Below, in pieces: positions 18,553-27,126 of a DNA stretch of 42,853 bases. Source of the DNA: Tannerellaceae bacterium (GTDB lineage Bacteria > Bacteroidota > Bacteroidia > Bacteroidales > Tannerellaceae); the NCBI GenBank assembly GCA_031555145.1, contig JAVBUR010000040.1, forward strand, positions 1 through 42,853, given 5' to 3'. How positions within the stretch are numbered: position 1 is the stretch's first letter; every line of letters begins with the position of its first letter. A program made the position numbers and the translations under genes. A model generated the notes under the pieces. That model made no database searches. It was not told the DNA's origin and saw only the letters and a list, made by a program, of their open reading frames with translations.

Positions 18553-19398
18553 ATGATACTGATTGCAGACAGCGGTTCCACCAAGACAGCCTGGTGTGTA
18601 TCCCAAAACGGGATACCTGTCCGGCAATTCCAGACAAACGGCACCAACCCATTCTTCCAATCGACGGAAGAGATTGAAGCCGAACTGGATCGCGTACTGC
18701 TACCTGCCATTGGCGACCTTCCGGTAAAGGCCGTCTTTTTCTATGGAGCTGGTTGTGCTTTTCCCGAACAACATCAGCGGATAGCCGGTTGCATACAAGC
18801 ACGGATACCTGTTCCTGTAGAAGTATATAGCGACCTGGTGGGGACTGCCCGTGCCCTGCTTAGCAGGGAGAAGGGTATCGCCTGCATCCTCGGAACAGGT
18901 TCTAACTCCTGCCTGTATGACGGGAACAGCATCATTCAACAAACCCCGGCCCTCGGATATATCCTCGGAGACGAAGGCAGTGGTGCCGTACTGGGAAAAC
19001 TACTGGTAGGCGACTGCCTGAAACGGCAACTCCCCCAACACCTCATTGACTCCTTTCTGGAGACTTATCAACTGACACAGGCAAGCATCCTCGAACGAGT
19101 CTATCGACAGCCGTTCCCAAATCGCTTCCTGGCATCGCTGGTACCCTTTCTGCATGCACATATGGAAGAGGAGGCTATCTACCAGTTGGTCTATAATAGT
19201 TTCTGTCAGTTCTTTATCCGCAATATCCTTCCCTACCCGGATGCCCGGACGTATCCGATCGGCTTCACCGGATCGGTCGCCTGGTATTTCAGTGAAGTAC
19301 TGCAGGATGCTGCCCACGCACAGGGATTCCACCTGGGCGAAATATTACAGACACCGATGGAAGGGCTGATCCGGTATCATCACACGACAACAACATAA
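18553..19398 (+). CDS. BadF/BadG/BcrA/BcrD-type ATPase sugar kinase (N-acetylglucosamine/N-acetylmuramate kinase, MurK-like)
   Basis: N-terminus MILIADSGSTKTAWCV is the phosphate-1 motif of the ROK-unrelated BadF-type GlcNAc kinase family. 281 aa. Immediately upstream of murQ. Confidence 0.7.
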   Translation: MILIADSGSTKTAWCVSQNGIPVRQFQTNGTNPFFQSTEEIEAELDRVLLPAIGDLPVKAVFFYGAGCAFPEQHQRIAGCIQARIPVPVEVYSDLVGTARALLSREKGIACILGTGSNSCLYDGNSIIQQTPALGYILGDEGSGAVLGKLLVGDCLKRQLPQHLIDSFLETYQLTQASILERVYRQPFPNRFLASLVPFLHAHMEEEAIYQLVYNSFCQFFIRNILPYPDARTYPIGFTGSVAWYFSEVLQDAAHAQGFHLGEILQTPMEGLIRYHHTTTT

Positions 19399-19400
19399 AC

Positions 19401-20231
19401 ATGGCTTTTCAAAAGATAACCGAATCGGAATCAGCGTACCACAACCTCGAACAGATGTCGGTACACGAACTTCTGGCAAACATCAATCGGGAAGATCAAC
19501 GGGTTGCCCTCGCCGTACAGAAGGAAATTCCAAAGATAGAACAACTGGTCGGCCTCCTCCTCGAACGGATGCAGCAAGGTGGCCGTATCTTCTATATGGG
19601 CGCAGGAACAAGCGGACGACTGGGTGTACTGGATGCATCGGAAGTCCCTCCCACCTACGGCATGCCGAACACTGTTGTAATCGGTCTGATTGCCGGAGGT
19701 GACATCGCCCTGCGCAACCCTGTGGAAGCCGCCGAAGATAACGACACCCGAGGCTGGCAGGAACTGGAAGAACATCATATTAACGAGCGGGATACCGTTA
19801 TCGGTATTGCCGCCTCAGGTACCACCCCATATGTCATCGCCGCCCTGCGTGAAGCCCGTAAACGGGGTATCCTGACAGCAGCCATTGCCTGCAATCCTGA
19901 TTCACCCATGGCCGAAGCTGCCGATATCGCCATCGAACCGGTGGTCGGTCCCGAATTTATCACCGGCAGCACACGTATGAAGAGCGGAACAGCCCAGAAG
20001 ATGGTGCTCAATATGATCACCACCTCCGTCATGATCAAACTCGGCCGTGTGAAAGGCAACCGGATGGTCAATATGCAACTCACCAACCAGAAACTGATCG
20101 ACCGGGGTACGCGTATGATCATGGACGAACTCCGCATGGACTACGAACAAGCCCGGCATTTACTACTGTTACACGACTCCGTACAGGCGGCCGTCGATTC
20201 ATATCACCGCCAATGGCGATTAAATCAGTAA
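19401..20231 (+). CDS. murQ: N-acetylmuramic acid 6-phosphate etherase
   Basis: SIS domain. GAGTSGRLGVLDASEVPPTYG and the C-terminal region match the MurQ family. 276 aa. Confidence 0.9.
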   Translation: MAFQKITESESAYHNLEQMSVHELLANINREDQRVALAVQKEIPKIEQLVGLLLERMQQGGRIFYMGAGTSGRLGVLDASEVPPTYGMPNTVVIGLIAGGDIALRNPVEAAEDNDTRGWQELEEHHINERDTVIGIAASGTTPYVIAALREARKRGILTAAIACNPDSPMAEAADIAIEPVVGPEFITGSTRMKSGTAQKMVLNMITTSVMIKLGRVKGNRMVNMQLTNQKLIDRGTRMIMDELRMDYEQARHLLLLHDSVQAAVDSYHRQWRLNQ

Positions 20232-20232
20232 A

Positions 20233-20258
20233 GAACATCGTCCCAATGGGATGTTTTT
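20233..20258 (+). terminator. hairpin plus T-tract terminator after murQ
   Basis: gAACATCgtcccaatggGATGTTttt directly after the murQ stop. Confidence 0.5.
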
Positions 20259-20259
20259 A

Positions 20260-20267
20260 TATCTTTG
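20260..20267 (+). promoter_or_regulatory. candidate -7 box TATCTTTG upstream of the 20296 gene cluster
   Basis: Matches TAnnTTTG, 29 nt upstream of ATG 20296. Confidence 0.3.
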
Positions 20268-20295
20268 CCCTCCGTCAATCATAATAACGTAAAAG

Positions 20296-20928
20296 ATGAG
20301 TATATTTTCCAAACTATTCGGTAAAAAACAAAGCGAAGAAGGAACAGGCGAACGCTCGGTAGAAGAGTTCATCATGCTAGTCCGTGTATATTATCAGGGC
20401 GTAATGGCCAGTAACCTGGGTATTACCAACCTCCAGATGTTGCCTGACCTGGCCTTGTTCAAACGCATGCTGAAGGTCCCAACACAGAACAACAAACTGG
20501 GCGTAGCTGAAAAATCGCGCGTACGTAAAATATTAATACAGGACTACGGCTTGACCGAAGACTTCTTCAAAGAGATCGACGCCTCCGTCAAAAAGAACTG
20601 TAAGACCCAACAGCATGTCCAGACCTATTTCTTCCAGTTCCAGGGCTTCTGCAACGACCTGTTCACCCAACTGGAAAGCCTGATGGGATTGAAGTTCCGC
20701 TTCTCCATCCTGGTTAAGAAACTGCTGCACGCCCAAACGGAGAAGACTGTCCACGAGATCATGACCAAACAGGAATGGAAAGAGGTCAAAGACCAGAAAG
20801 CCGCCTGGGCCATCCGCAAATACGCTGAAAACCTCGGCTTCTCCGAACAATGGATCGTCGCCCTCATCTACAACGTCGTCGTCCTCGCCCGCAAACAGGG
20901 CAAGCAAGACAAGAAGCAGGCGGATTAG
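20296..20928 (+). CDS. hypothetical cytoplasmic protein (Lys-rich, N-terminus MSIFSKLFGKK)
   Basis: 210-aa ORF with no TM segments and no recognisable catalytic motifs. First gene of the SPFH/zinc-ribbon cluster. Confidence 0.5.
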   Translation: MSIFSKLFGKKQSEEGTGERSVEEFIMLVRVYYQGVMASNLGITNLQMLPDLALFKRMLKVPTQNNKLGVAEKSRVRKILIQDYGLTEDFFKEIDASVKKNCKTQQHVQTYFFQFQGFCNDLFTQLESLMGLKFRFSILVKKLLHAQTEKTVHEIMTKQEWKEVKDQKAAWAIRKYAENLGFSEQWIVALIYNVVVLARKQGKQDKKQAD

Positions 20929-20969
20929 TATTCGTTACCACAATAAGTTAACCCTCTAAAACGGTAGTT

Positions 20970-22256
20970 ATGGCAATTATTGATGTTGTAAAATGGGATG
21001 GCAGTCCCGATATTTTCGCATGGAAATTCCCTGAAGAAAATCTGACAACATTCACACAGTTAATCGTGAATGAATCACAGGAAGCTGTATTCTTCCACAA
21101 AGGAGCGATTATAGCTGTATTCGGTCCGGGGAAACACGTACTCTCGACAGAGAATATACCTATTCTTGAAAAGCTGTATGGAATACCGTTTGGTGGTAAA
21201 AATCCTTTTACGGCGGAAGTATGGTTTGTCAACAAGGTAAAAGTACTGGATATCAAATGGGGGACCAACCCACCCTTCCAGATACGGGATCCGCAGTATC
21301 GTGTATTTGTCCCGGTCCGTGCATTCGGTCAATTCGGGATACAAATTACGGATGCCAAATCTTTTCTTGTTAAGTTAGTGGGTACAGTACCTGCATTCCG
21401 GCAGGAAGATATTTCCTCTTACTTCAAAGGATTACTGATGGCAGAATCGACTTCAATCATTGCGAAGAAAATAACCGAAGATAAAGTCTGCGTTCTTGAT
21501 ATTGCCACACAGATACTTCCTCTTTCGAAAGCATTAAAAGAGAATATACAGCAGGAATTTGCGGAATACGGAATCACCCTTGTCAACTTTTACATCAATT
21601 CCATTTCCATTCCGGAAGGAGACCCTGCAGTTTCACAATTAAAGACTCTCCTTTCCAGAAAGGCAGAAATGGAAGTATTAGGCTTTACCTATCAACAGGA
21701 AAGAGCTTACAACGTATTGGAAAATGCAGCCGGCAACCAAGGGACTGTCGGCAACACCATGGGAGCCGGTATCGGCATGGGAATGGGATTAGGAGTTGGT
21801 GGTATTATGGGAGGCATGATGCAGGAAGTAGGTCATCAGGTACGTGGAGAATCGGCCGTTTGCCCTCATTGCAAAAAGACCATTCCGGCAGGAGTCAATT
21901 TCTGTCCCGTATGTGGGAAGAAGATTACTTCCAGTGGCGCCACTGTTTCCACAGTAATTTGTAATAACTGCCAAAAGGAAATGCCGGCTACATCAAAATA
22001 CTGTCCTCATTGCGGCGACATCTACAATGCCTGCCCGGAATGCAAAACCGACAATCCAACAAATGCCACCCAATGCGTCAACTGCGGCTGTTTAATGCCT
22101 ATTCATTGCCCTAAGTGTAATGCAAAAGTAAACAGAGATGCCAGATTTTGTCCCGAATGTGGAGAACGGATTGCCCAAATATGTCCTAAATGCAATCAGG
22201 CAGTTAACCCTGGAAGCAAATTTTGTCCCTCTTGCGGGGAGAACCTGAGTAGATAG
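20970..22256 (+). CDS. SPFH/Band-7 family protein (YdjI-like, Band_7_1 type) fused to five C-terminal zinc ribbons
   Basis: N-terminus IIDVVKWDGSPDIFAWKFP...ESQEAVFFHKGAIIAVFGPGKHVLSTENIPIL...TAEVWFVNK follows the pattern of B. subtilis YdjI-type SPFH proteins. Gly/Met-rich linker (GAGIGMGMGLGVGGIMGG). Then 5 x CxxC-x(10-17)-CxxC. Confidence 0.7.
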   Translation: MAIIDVVKWDGSPDIFAWKFPEENLTTFTQLIVNESQEAVFFHKGAIIAVFGPGKHVLSTENIPILEKLYGIPFGGKNPFTAEVWFVNKVKVLDIKWGTNPPFQIRDPQYRVFVPVRAFGQFGIQITDAKSFLVKLVGTVPAFRQEDISSYFKGLLMAESTSIIAKKITEDKVCVLDIATQILPLSKALKENIQQEFAEYGITLVNFYINSISIPEGDPAVSQLKTLLSRKAEMEVLGFTYQQERAYNVLENAAGNQGTVGNTMGAGIGMGMGLGVGGIMGGMMQEVGHQVRGESAVCPHCKKTIPAGVNFCPVCGKKITSSGATVSTVICNNCQKEMPATSKYCPHCGDIYNACPECKTDNPTNATQCVNCGCLMPIHCPKCNAKVNRDARFCPECGERIAQICPKCNQAVNPGSKFCPSCGENLSR

Positions 22257-22266
22257 AGGTCTTTTT

Positions 22267-22995
22267 ATGGAGAAGAATATTGACTTCGTTAAAATATTAT
22301 GCTTAGGGAGAAAAGGACTTGGACCAATTATCGCACCTTGCTTAACGATAATTCTTGCTCCGCTCGGTTTTCTCTACAGCCTCTTTTATTGTACCAAAGT
22401 AAAGATACATAAGACACCTACCTGGTATATCGGAGATAATTTACATTTGGGTTATGCTCTCTTCTGGGGTTCCATTATTTTGTCATTAGGCTTTCTCTTT
22501 ATAATGGGATATTTTATTGATGACACCCCTGATGATCTTGAGGTCTTTTTTTATTCTATCGGATTGCCATTTACTTTAAGTGGCTTTTCTATCATACTCT
22601 ATCAATTCAGATACAAAGAGTATAAAGGAATCATGAATGCGCTTCTTGGTGAAATTGCATTCTCTCAGACTCAAGAGAAGAGAACTTTGGAGGAGAATAT
22701 CCGCATCAATATTATACGTCCATCCGCTTCTTTTAATCTTACAGAGATGCTGGATGATCTCAAAAAGAATGCCGTCATTAACTACAACATTTATGGCGAT
22801 TCTATTCACATTGAGGTTTTAAGTCCTACATTAAAAGAATATTGTTTTGACGAAAACGATCCTTCCCTTTACGAAGAATGGGAATGCAGATCATGCGGAG
22901 CAAACAACAGAGTAAGGAAAGTCCATGCTGAAAATATCCAATGCGTATATTGTGGTACAGAGAAACTCTCCAGTGCGGAGAGCCCAAGTAAATAA
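22267..22995 (+). CDS. membrane protein with C-terminal zinc ribbon (paralog 1)
   Basis: 242 aa. Two or three predicted TM helices after a short cytoplasmic N-terminus. C-terminal EEWECRSCGANNRVRKVHAENIQCVYCGTEK. Confidence 0.6.
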   Translation: MEKNIDFVKILCLGRKGLGPIIAPCLTIILAPLGFLYSLFYCTKVKIHKTPTWYIGDNLHLGYALFWGSIILSLGFLFIMGYFIDDTPDDLEVFFYSIGLPFTLSGFSIILYQFRYKEYKGIMNALLGEIAFSQTQEKRTLEENIRINIIRPSASFNLTEMLDDLKKNAVINYNIYGDSIHIEVLSPTLKEYCFDENDPSLYEEWECRSCGANNRVRKVHAENIQCVYCGTEKLSSAESPSK

Positions 22996-23006
22996 AACCC
23001 AGCCAT

Positions 23007-23699
23007 ATGGAGGAGAAAATTGATTTAGTAAAAAAACTGCATTTAAAGAAAGAAGGGATCGGACCGTATGTTCTACTCTGCTTTACAATAGTCCTTTCTC
23101 CTATTGCTTGTATCCACAGTTTTTATTACATGTCCAAAACGAGAATAAACAGGGTTCCAGCTTTGTATATTACAGATAATTTCCACTTGGGTTATTACTG
23201 GAGCCTTTTCATATTTTTAGCAGGTATCTACTTTTTTATATCCTACTCTAACAATCCGGCACCTGATGTTGCCGATCAACTCTTTTTCTATGCTGCAGTA
23301 TTACCTTGGCTATTAAGCAGTTTTCCTCTCATGATGTATCAAATTGCAAGTATACTTGATAGAGAGGCAAGGAATATACTCCTTAAGGATATCACAATAT
23401 CTCGTGTTCAGAAGAAAACTTCTTTGGAGAAAAACATACACAAGACGGGGTTTAAATACAATATCACAGACATGCTGAAGGATCTCAAAGAGAATGCAGT
23501 TATTGACTATAGAAACGATGATGAAACCATCTATATAGAAGTACTGAATCCCTATTTAAAAGGGTATTGTCTTGACGAAAACGATTCATCCTTATATGAA
23601 GAATGGGAATGTAAGTCATGCGGAGCAAATTACAGAACAAGTAAATTCTATACCGAAAACTTCCAATGCGAATATTGCGGGACAGAGAAACCCGCATAA
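23007..23699 (+). CDS. membrane protein with C-terminal zinc ribbon (paralog 2)
   Basis: 230 aa. Same architecture and conserved blocks as the preceding gene (DLKENAVIDY, EEWECKSCGANYRTSKFYTENFQCEYCGTEK). Confidence 0.6.
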   Translation: MEEKIDLVKKLHLKKEGIGPYVLLCFTIVLSPIACIHSFYYMSKTRINRVPALYITDNFHLGYYWSLFIFLAGIYFFISYSNNPAPDVADQLFFYAAVLPWLLSSFPLMMYQIASILDREARNILLKDITISRVQKKTSLEKNIHKTGFKYNITDMLKDLKENAVIDYRNDDETIYIEVLNPYLKGYCLDENDSSLYEEWECKSCGANYRTSKFYTENFQCEYCGTEKPA

Positions 23700-23816
23700 A
23701 GCATTCAAACGCGACCAAACGCAAAGTCTTCCAACATAGTTACATTTGTCAATACACATCCATCTATTCGAGTTCGTATATTGTGAAAAAATGCAATAAC
23801 GTAGCCCTTTATTCGT

Positions 23817-23824
23817 TATATTTG
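23817..23824 (+). promoter_or_regulatory. candidate -7 box TATATTTG upstream of OmpA-family gene
   Basis: Matches TAnnTTTG, 23 nt upstream of ATG 23847. Confidence 0.3.
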
Positions 23825-23846
23825 CACCACCATTTAGATACATCGG

Positions 23847-25823
23847 ATGAAAACGGGCGTTACACGGTATAGTCTTTTACTGCTTTTACTTGTTTCTATT
23901 TTTTCCTGCAAGACAGCCAAGCTGTCGGATGCGGAGGAGAAACAACGCATTGGCGAATACTATGAGGCAGCAGCCATCTACCGGAAAGTATATACAAAAA
24001 CGCCCGCCGCGAAAAAAGACCTCCGCGCCTATGTCGCCTACCGGATGGCTGAATGTAACCGGTTAGTGAACAATACGACCCGTGCCACATCGGCCTATAT
24101 GAATGCCGCCCGTTACAACTATCCCGACAGCATTGTCTATCTCCGCTTGGGACAGATGTACCAGCGGACCGGACGCTATGCAGATGCCATCAAAGCCTAC
24201 AATCAGTATCTCGAAAACAACCCCACCTCTACCCTAGCCCTCAACGGCATTAAGGGAAGTAACCTGGCGCAGGGATGGAGAAAAAACCCAACCCGCTACG
24301 ACGTAAGAAAGGCTGAAAAATTCAATTCACGCCGCAGCGAGTTCAGCCCGATGTTGGGTGGAGACCACTACAACCTGTTGTATTTTGCGTCTTCGCGCAC
24401 CAAAGATAAAGAGGCGAAGACCAGTGCCATTACCGGTTTGGTCAACAACAACCTGTTTGTGGTCAAACAAAACGAACAAGGCCAATGGCTTACTCCCGAG
24501 GAATTGGACGACCCGGTGAATACCGAGTTCGACGAAGGGACTCCATCCTTCTCGCCCGACGGCAGCACGATGTACTACAGCTATTGCGCTCAGGATCCCG
24601 AAAGTCCCCGCACTGCCGAGATCTATATCTCACAACGCAGCAATGCCAAATGGGGAAAGGGTACACGAGCTACCATCGTCAAGGATTCTGTGACTGCACT
24701 GGGACACCCGGCGGCCTCGCCTGATGGTAAATATCTCTATTTTGTATCGGATGCCGTGGGCGGATATGGCGGAAAAGATATTTTTCGTGCACGTATCGCC
24801 GGTAGCGACTTCGGTCCAATGGAGAACCTGGGACCGGAGATCAACACGCCGGGCGACGAAATGTTCCCCTATGTACGCGACTCCGTCACCCTCTATTTTG
24901 CCTCCAACGGACACCCGGGCATGGGTGGACTGGATCTCTTTAAAGCTACCCTCGGCAACGACGGACACTGGACGGTGGAGAATATGGGAGCTCCTATCAA
25001 CTCCATGGCCGACGACTTCGGTATCACCTTTGCCGGCCGGGCAGAAAAAGGCTATTTTTCGTCCAATCGGAACGATGCCAAAGGCTGGGACCACCTCTAC
25101 TCATTCGAATATCCGACTGTGACCATCTTTATCGAAGGCTTTGTATTCGATATCTCCGATAATCCGGTGGAAGATGCTGTGATCCGTATCGTCGGACGCG
25201 ATGGGCTGAACACCCGTGTGCCGGTGAAGAAAGACGGTTCTTACCGTGTGGAACTGAAGCGCGACATCAGCTACGTCATGCTGGCCAGCGCCCGCGGTCA
25301 CCTCAACCAGAATTTCGAACTGAAAACAGGGCCGGAAGAAAAGAACGAAACTTATACGGTAGACTTCTTCCTCACCCCGATCCTCGAACCGGTCGTGGTT
25401 GAAAATATCTTCTATGCCTTCGATAGCGCTTCCCTTCGTCCTGAATCAAAGAAGGCATTAGATGGGATGATCAAGATGCTGAACGACAACCCGAACGTCA
25501 CGATCGAACTTGGCGCCCATACCGACCGGAAAGGGACCGACGAATACAACGAACGCCTGGCACAACGCCGTGCGCAGTCGGTCGTAGACTACCTGATAGC
25601 CGGTGGCATCGCTAAAGACCGCCTCGAAGCCAAAGGATATGGGGAAAGCGTGCCGAAAAAGATCAACAAGAAGATGGCAACCGAATATCCGTTCCTGAAA
25701 GAAGGAGACATACTGACGGAAGAGTTTATCCTGACCCTGCCGCCGGAGCAACAGGAGGAAGCCGACCAGATCAACCGCCGTACCGAGTTCCGGGTACTAC
25801 GCACAAATTATAATCTATTCTAA
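23847..25823 (+). CDS. OmpA-family lipoprotein with TPR repeats and TolB-like PD40 beta-propeller repeats
   Basis: Lipoprotein signal (LLLVSIFSC). TPR-like N-terminus. Repeated PD40-type segments (FSPDGSTMYY, ASPDGKYLYFVSD). C-terminal OmpA domain (TIELGAHTDRKGTDEYNERLAQRRAQSV). Confidence 0.85.
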   Translation: MKTGVTRYSLLLLLLVSIFSCKTAKLSDAEEKQRIGEYYEAAAIYRKVYTKTPAAKKDLRAYVAYRMAECNRLVNNTTRATSAYMNAARYNYPDSIVYLRLGQMYQRTGRYADAIKAYNQYLENNPTSTLALNGIKGSNLAQGWRKNPTRYDVRKAEKFNSRRSEFSPMLGGDHYNLLYFASSRTKDKEAKTSAITGLVNNNLFVVKQNEQGQWLTPEELDDPVNTEFDEGTPSFSPDGSTMYYSYCAQDPESPRTAEIYISQRSNAKWGKGTRATIVKDSVTALGHPAASPDGKYLYFVSDAVGGYGGKDIFRARIAGSDFGPMENLGPEINTPGDEMFPYVRDSVTLYFASNGHPGMGGLDLFKATLGNDGHWTVENMGAPINSMADDFGITFAGRAEKGYFSSNRNDAKGWDHLYSFEYPTVTIFIEGFVFDISDNPVEDAVIRIVGRDGLNTRVPVKKDGSYRVELKRDISYVMLASARGHLNQNFELKTGPEEKNETYTVDFFLTPILEPVVVENIFYAFDSASLRPESKKALDGMIKMLNDNPNVTIELGAHTDRKGTDEYNERLAQRRAQSVVDYLIAGGIAKDRLEAKGYGESVPKKINKKMATEYPFLKEGDILTEEFILTLPPEQQEEADQINRRTEFRVLRTNYNLF

Positions 25824-25827
25824 AGGA

Positions 25828-27111
25828 ATGACGGCACTGAGACAGAACGAATCTATACTGACCCGACGATTATGGCTGCTGATCCTAACTGCCTGCTGGT
25901 TCGCCGGCAACCTGTCAGCACATACGTCGTTGCCTGCCGATTCGATGGGCACAGTCAAAAAGAGTTACCCACAGTTCTTTGCATTCAACACCATGGGCGG
26001 GATTGTTCTTCCCACCAATGATTATATCAAAGCCGGAAATAGTCTTCCCGCCTACAGTTCTGTTTCATTCAAATACGGAATCGGATCCAGGGGAGATACC
26101 TGGCAGGATGTTGCCTACGGGATGCCCTACTATGGTGTAGGTGTGTATGCAGCCAAATTCTACAATAAAAACGCGTTGGGTACGCCCATCTCCGTTTATC
26201 TCTTTCAGGGGGGAAACCTGGCTGAATACAACTCGAAATGGTCGCTCAAATACGAATTACAGTTGGGTATGTCGTTCAACTGGAAGCCGTTTGATGCATT
26301 CGACAATCCGGACAATATTGCCCTGGGGTCGGCTGTCAACGCCCATATAGGCGCTAACCTGTACCTGAAAAGGCAACTGTCACCCGTTTGGGACCTGAAC
26401 TTCGGGCTGGGACTGACACACTTCTCCAACGGCGCCAACCAATTACCCAACAAAGGGTTAAACTTGGTTGCCCCTTTCGTTGAACTGGCTTACAACTTTA
26501 ACCGCGATGCCCGACGCGACCCGGGTAAAGAGACATTCACCCCGCCCCCATTGGAAGACCGGATCGACTACGATATCATTTTCACTAGCAGTTCACGCCA
26601 GATCCGGGTGGATACGGCAGGTACGGGATTACCTTCCCGTCTGCTCGACAAGAACTTCAAGGTATTGGGGCTGAGCTATGCCACCATGTTTGTGCGCAGC
26701 TACAAATACAAATGGGGGCCCAGCTTGGAATTGGTATACGACGAGAGTTCCGGCGTCAAGGTATGGCGTCAGCAACATCCGGTGGACGGCATGTATTACG
26801 ACCGTATCAAACTGGGCGAATTCCACGAACGCTTCTCCCTGGGGCTCTCCATCAAAGGAGAAATGACTTTCCCTTACGTTTCGTTCTTTGCCAATCTGGG
26901 ATATAACATCCTTCATGGCAACGACTATGATTACCGGCTTTACCAGATACTCGGCGCCAAGGCGTATATCAAAGACAACCTCTTCGCCACCTTTGGCATC
27001 CGTGCCGCCCGGCTCAGTAAAGCCCAATACCTATTCTGGAGCATCGGCTATACGATCAACGGAAACCCTTTGAAGAAAAAAGACAAATACATCCATCATC
27101 TCCTACCATAA
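25828..27111 (+). CDS. outer-membrane protein, tentatively PagL-like acyloxyacyl hydrolase (lipid A deacylase family)
   Basis: Signal peptide. Beta-strand-rich. Motif LGLTHFSNGAN resembles the His/Ser HxSNG site of PagL-type lipid A deacylases. Assignment is by motif memory only. Confidence 0.4.
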   Translation: MTALRQNESILTRRLWLLILTACWFAGNLSAHTSLPADSMGTVKKSYPQFFAFNTMGGIVLPTNDYIKAGNSLPAYSSVSFKYGIGSRGDTWQDVAYGMPYYGVGVYAAKFYNKNALGTPISVYLFQGGNLAEYNSKWSLKYELQLGMSFNWKPFDAFDNPDNIALGSAVNAHIGANLYLKRQLSPVWDLNFGLGLTHFSNGANQLPNKGLNLVAPFVELAYNFNRDARRDPGKETFTPPPLEDRIDYDIIFTSSSRQIRVDTAGTGLPSRLLDKNFKVLGLSYATMFVRSYKYKWGPSLELVYDESSGVKVWRQQHPVDGMYYDRIKLGEFHERFSLGLSIKGEMTFPYVSFFANLGYNILHGNDYDYRLYQILGAKAYIKDNLFATFGIRAARLSKAQYLFWSIGYTINGNPLKKKDKYIHHLLP

Positions 27112-27126
27112 ACCGGAAGCCGGTTT
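27110..27126. terminator. bidirectional hairpin between convergent genes
   Basis: AAACCGGaagCCGGTTT, a perfect 7-bp stem overlapping both stop codons. Confidence 0.5.

Noticed and set aside
20296-20928. Possibility that the Lys-rich protein is a PspA/IM30 homolog because of its MSIFSKLFGKK N-terminus
   Set aside because: The rest of the protein contains Gly, Pro and Asn at positions incompatible with the continuous coiled coil of PspA. Only the first ~11 residues resemble it, so it was left as hypothetical.
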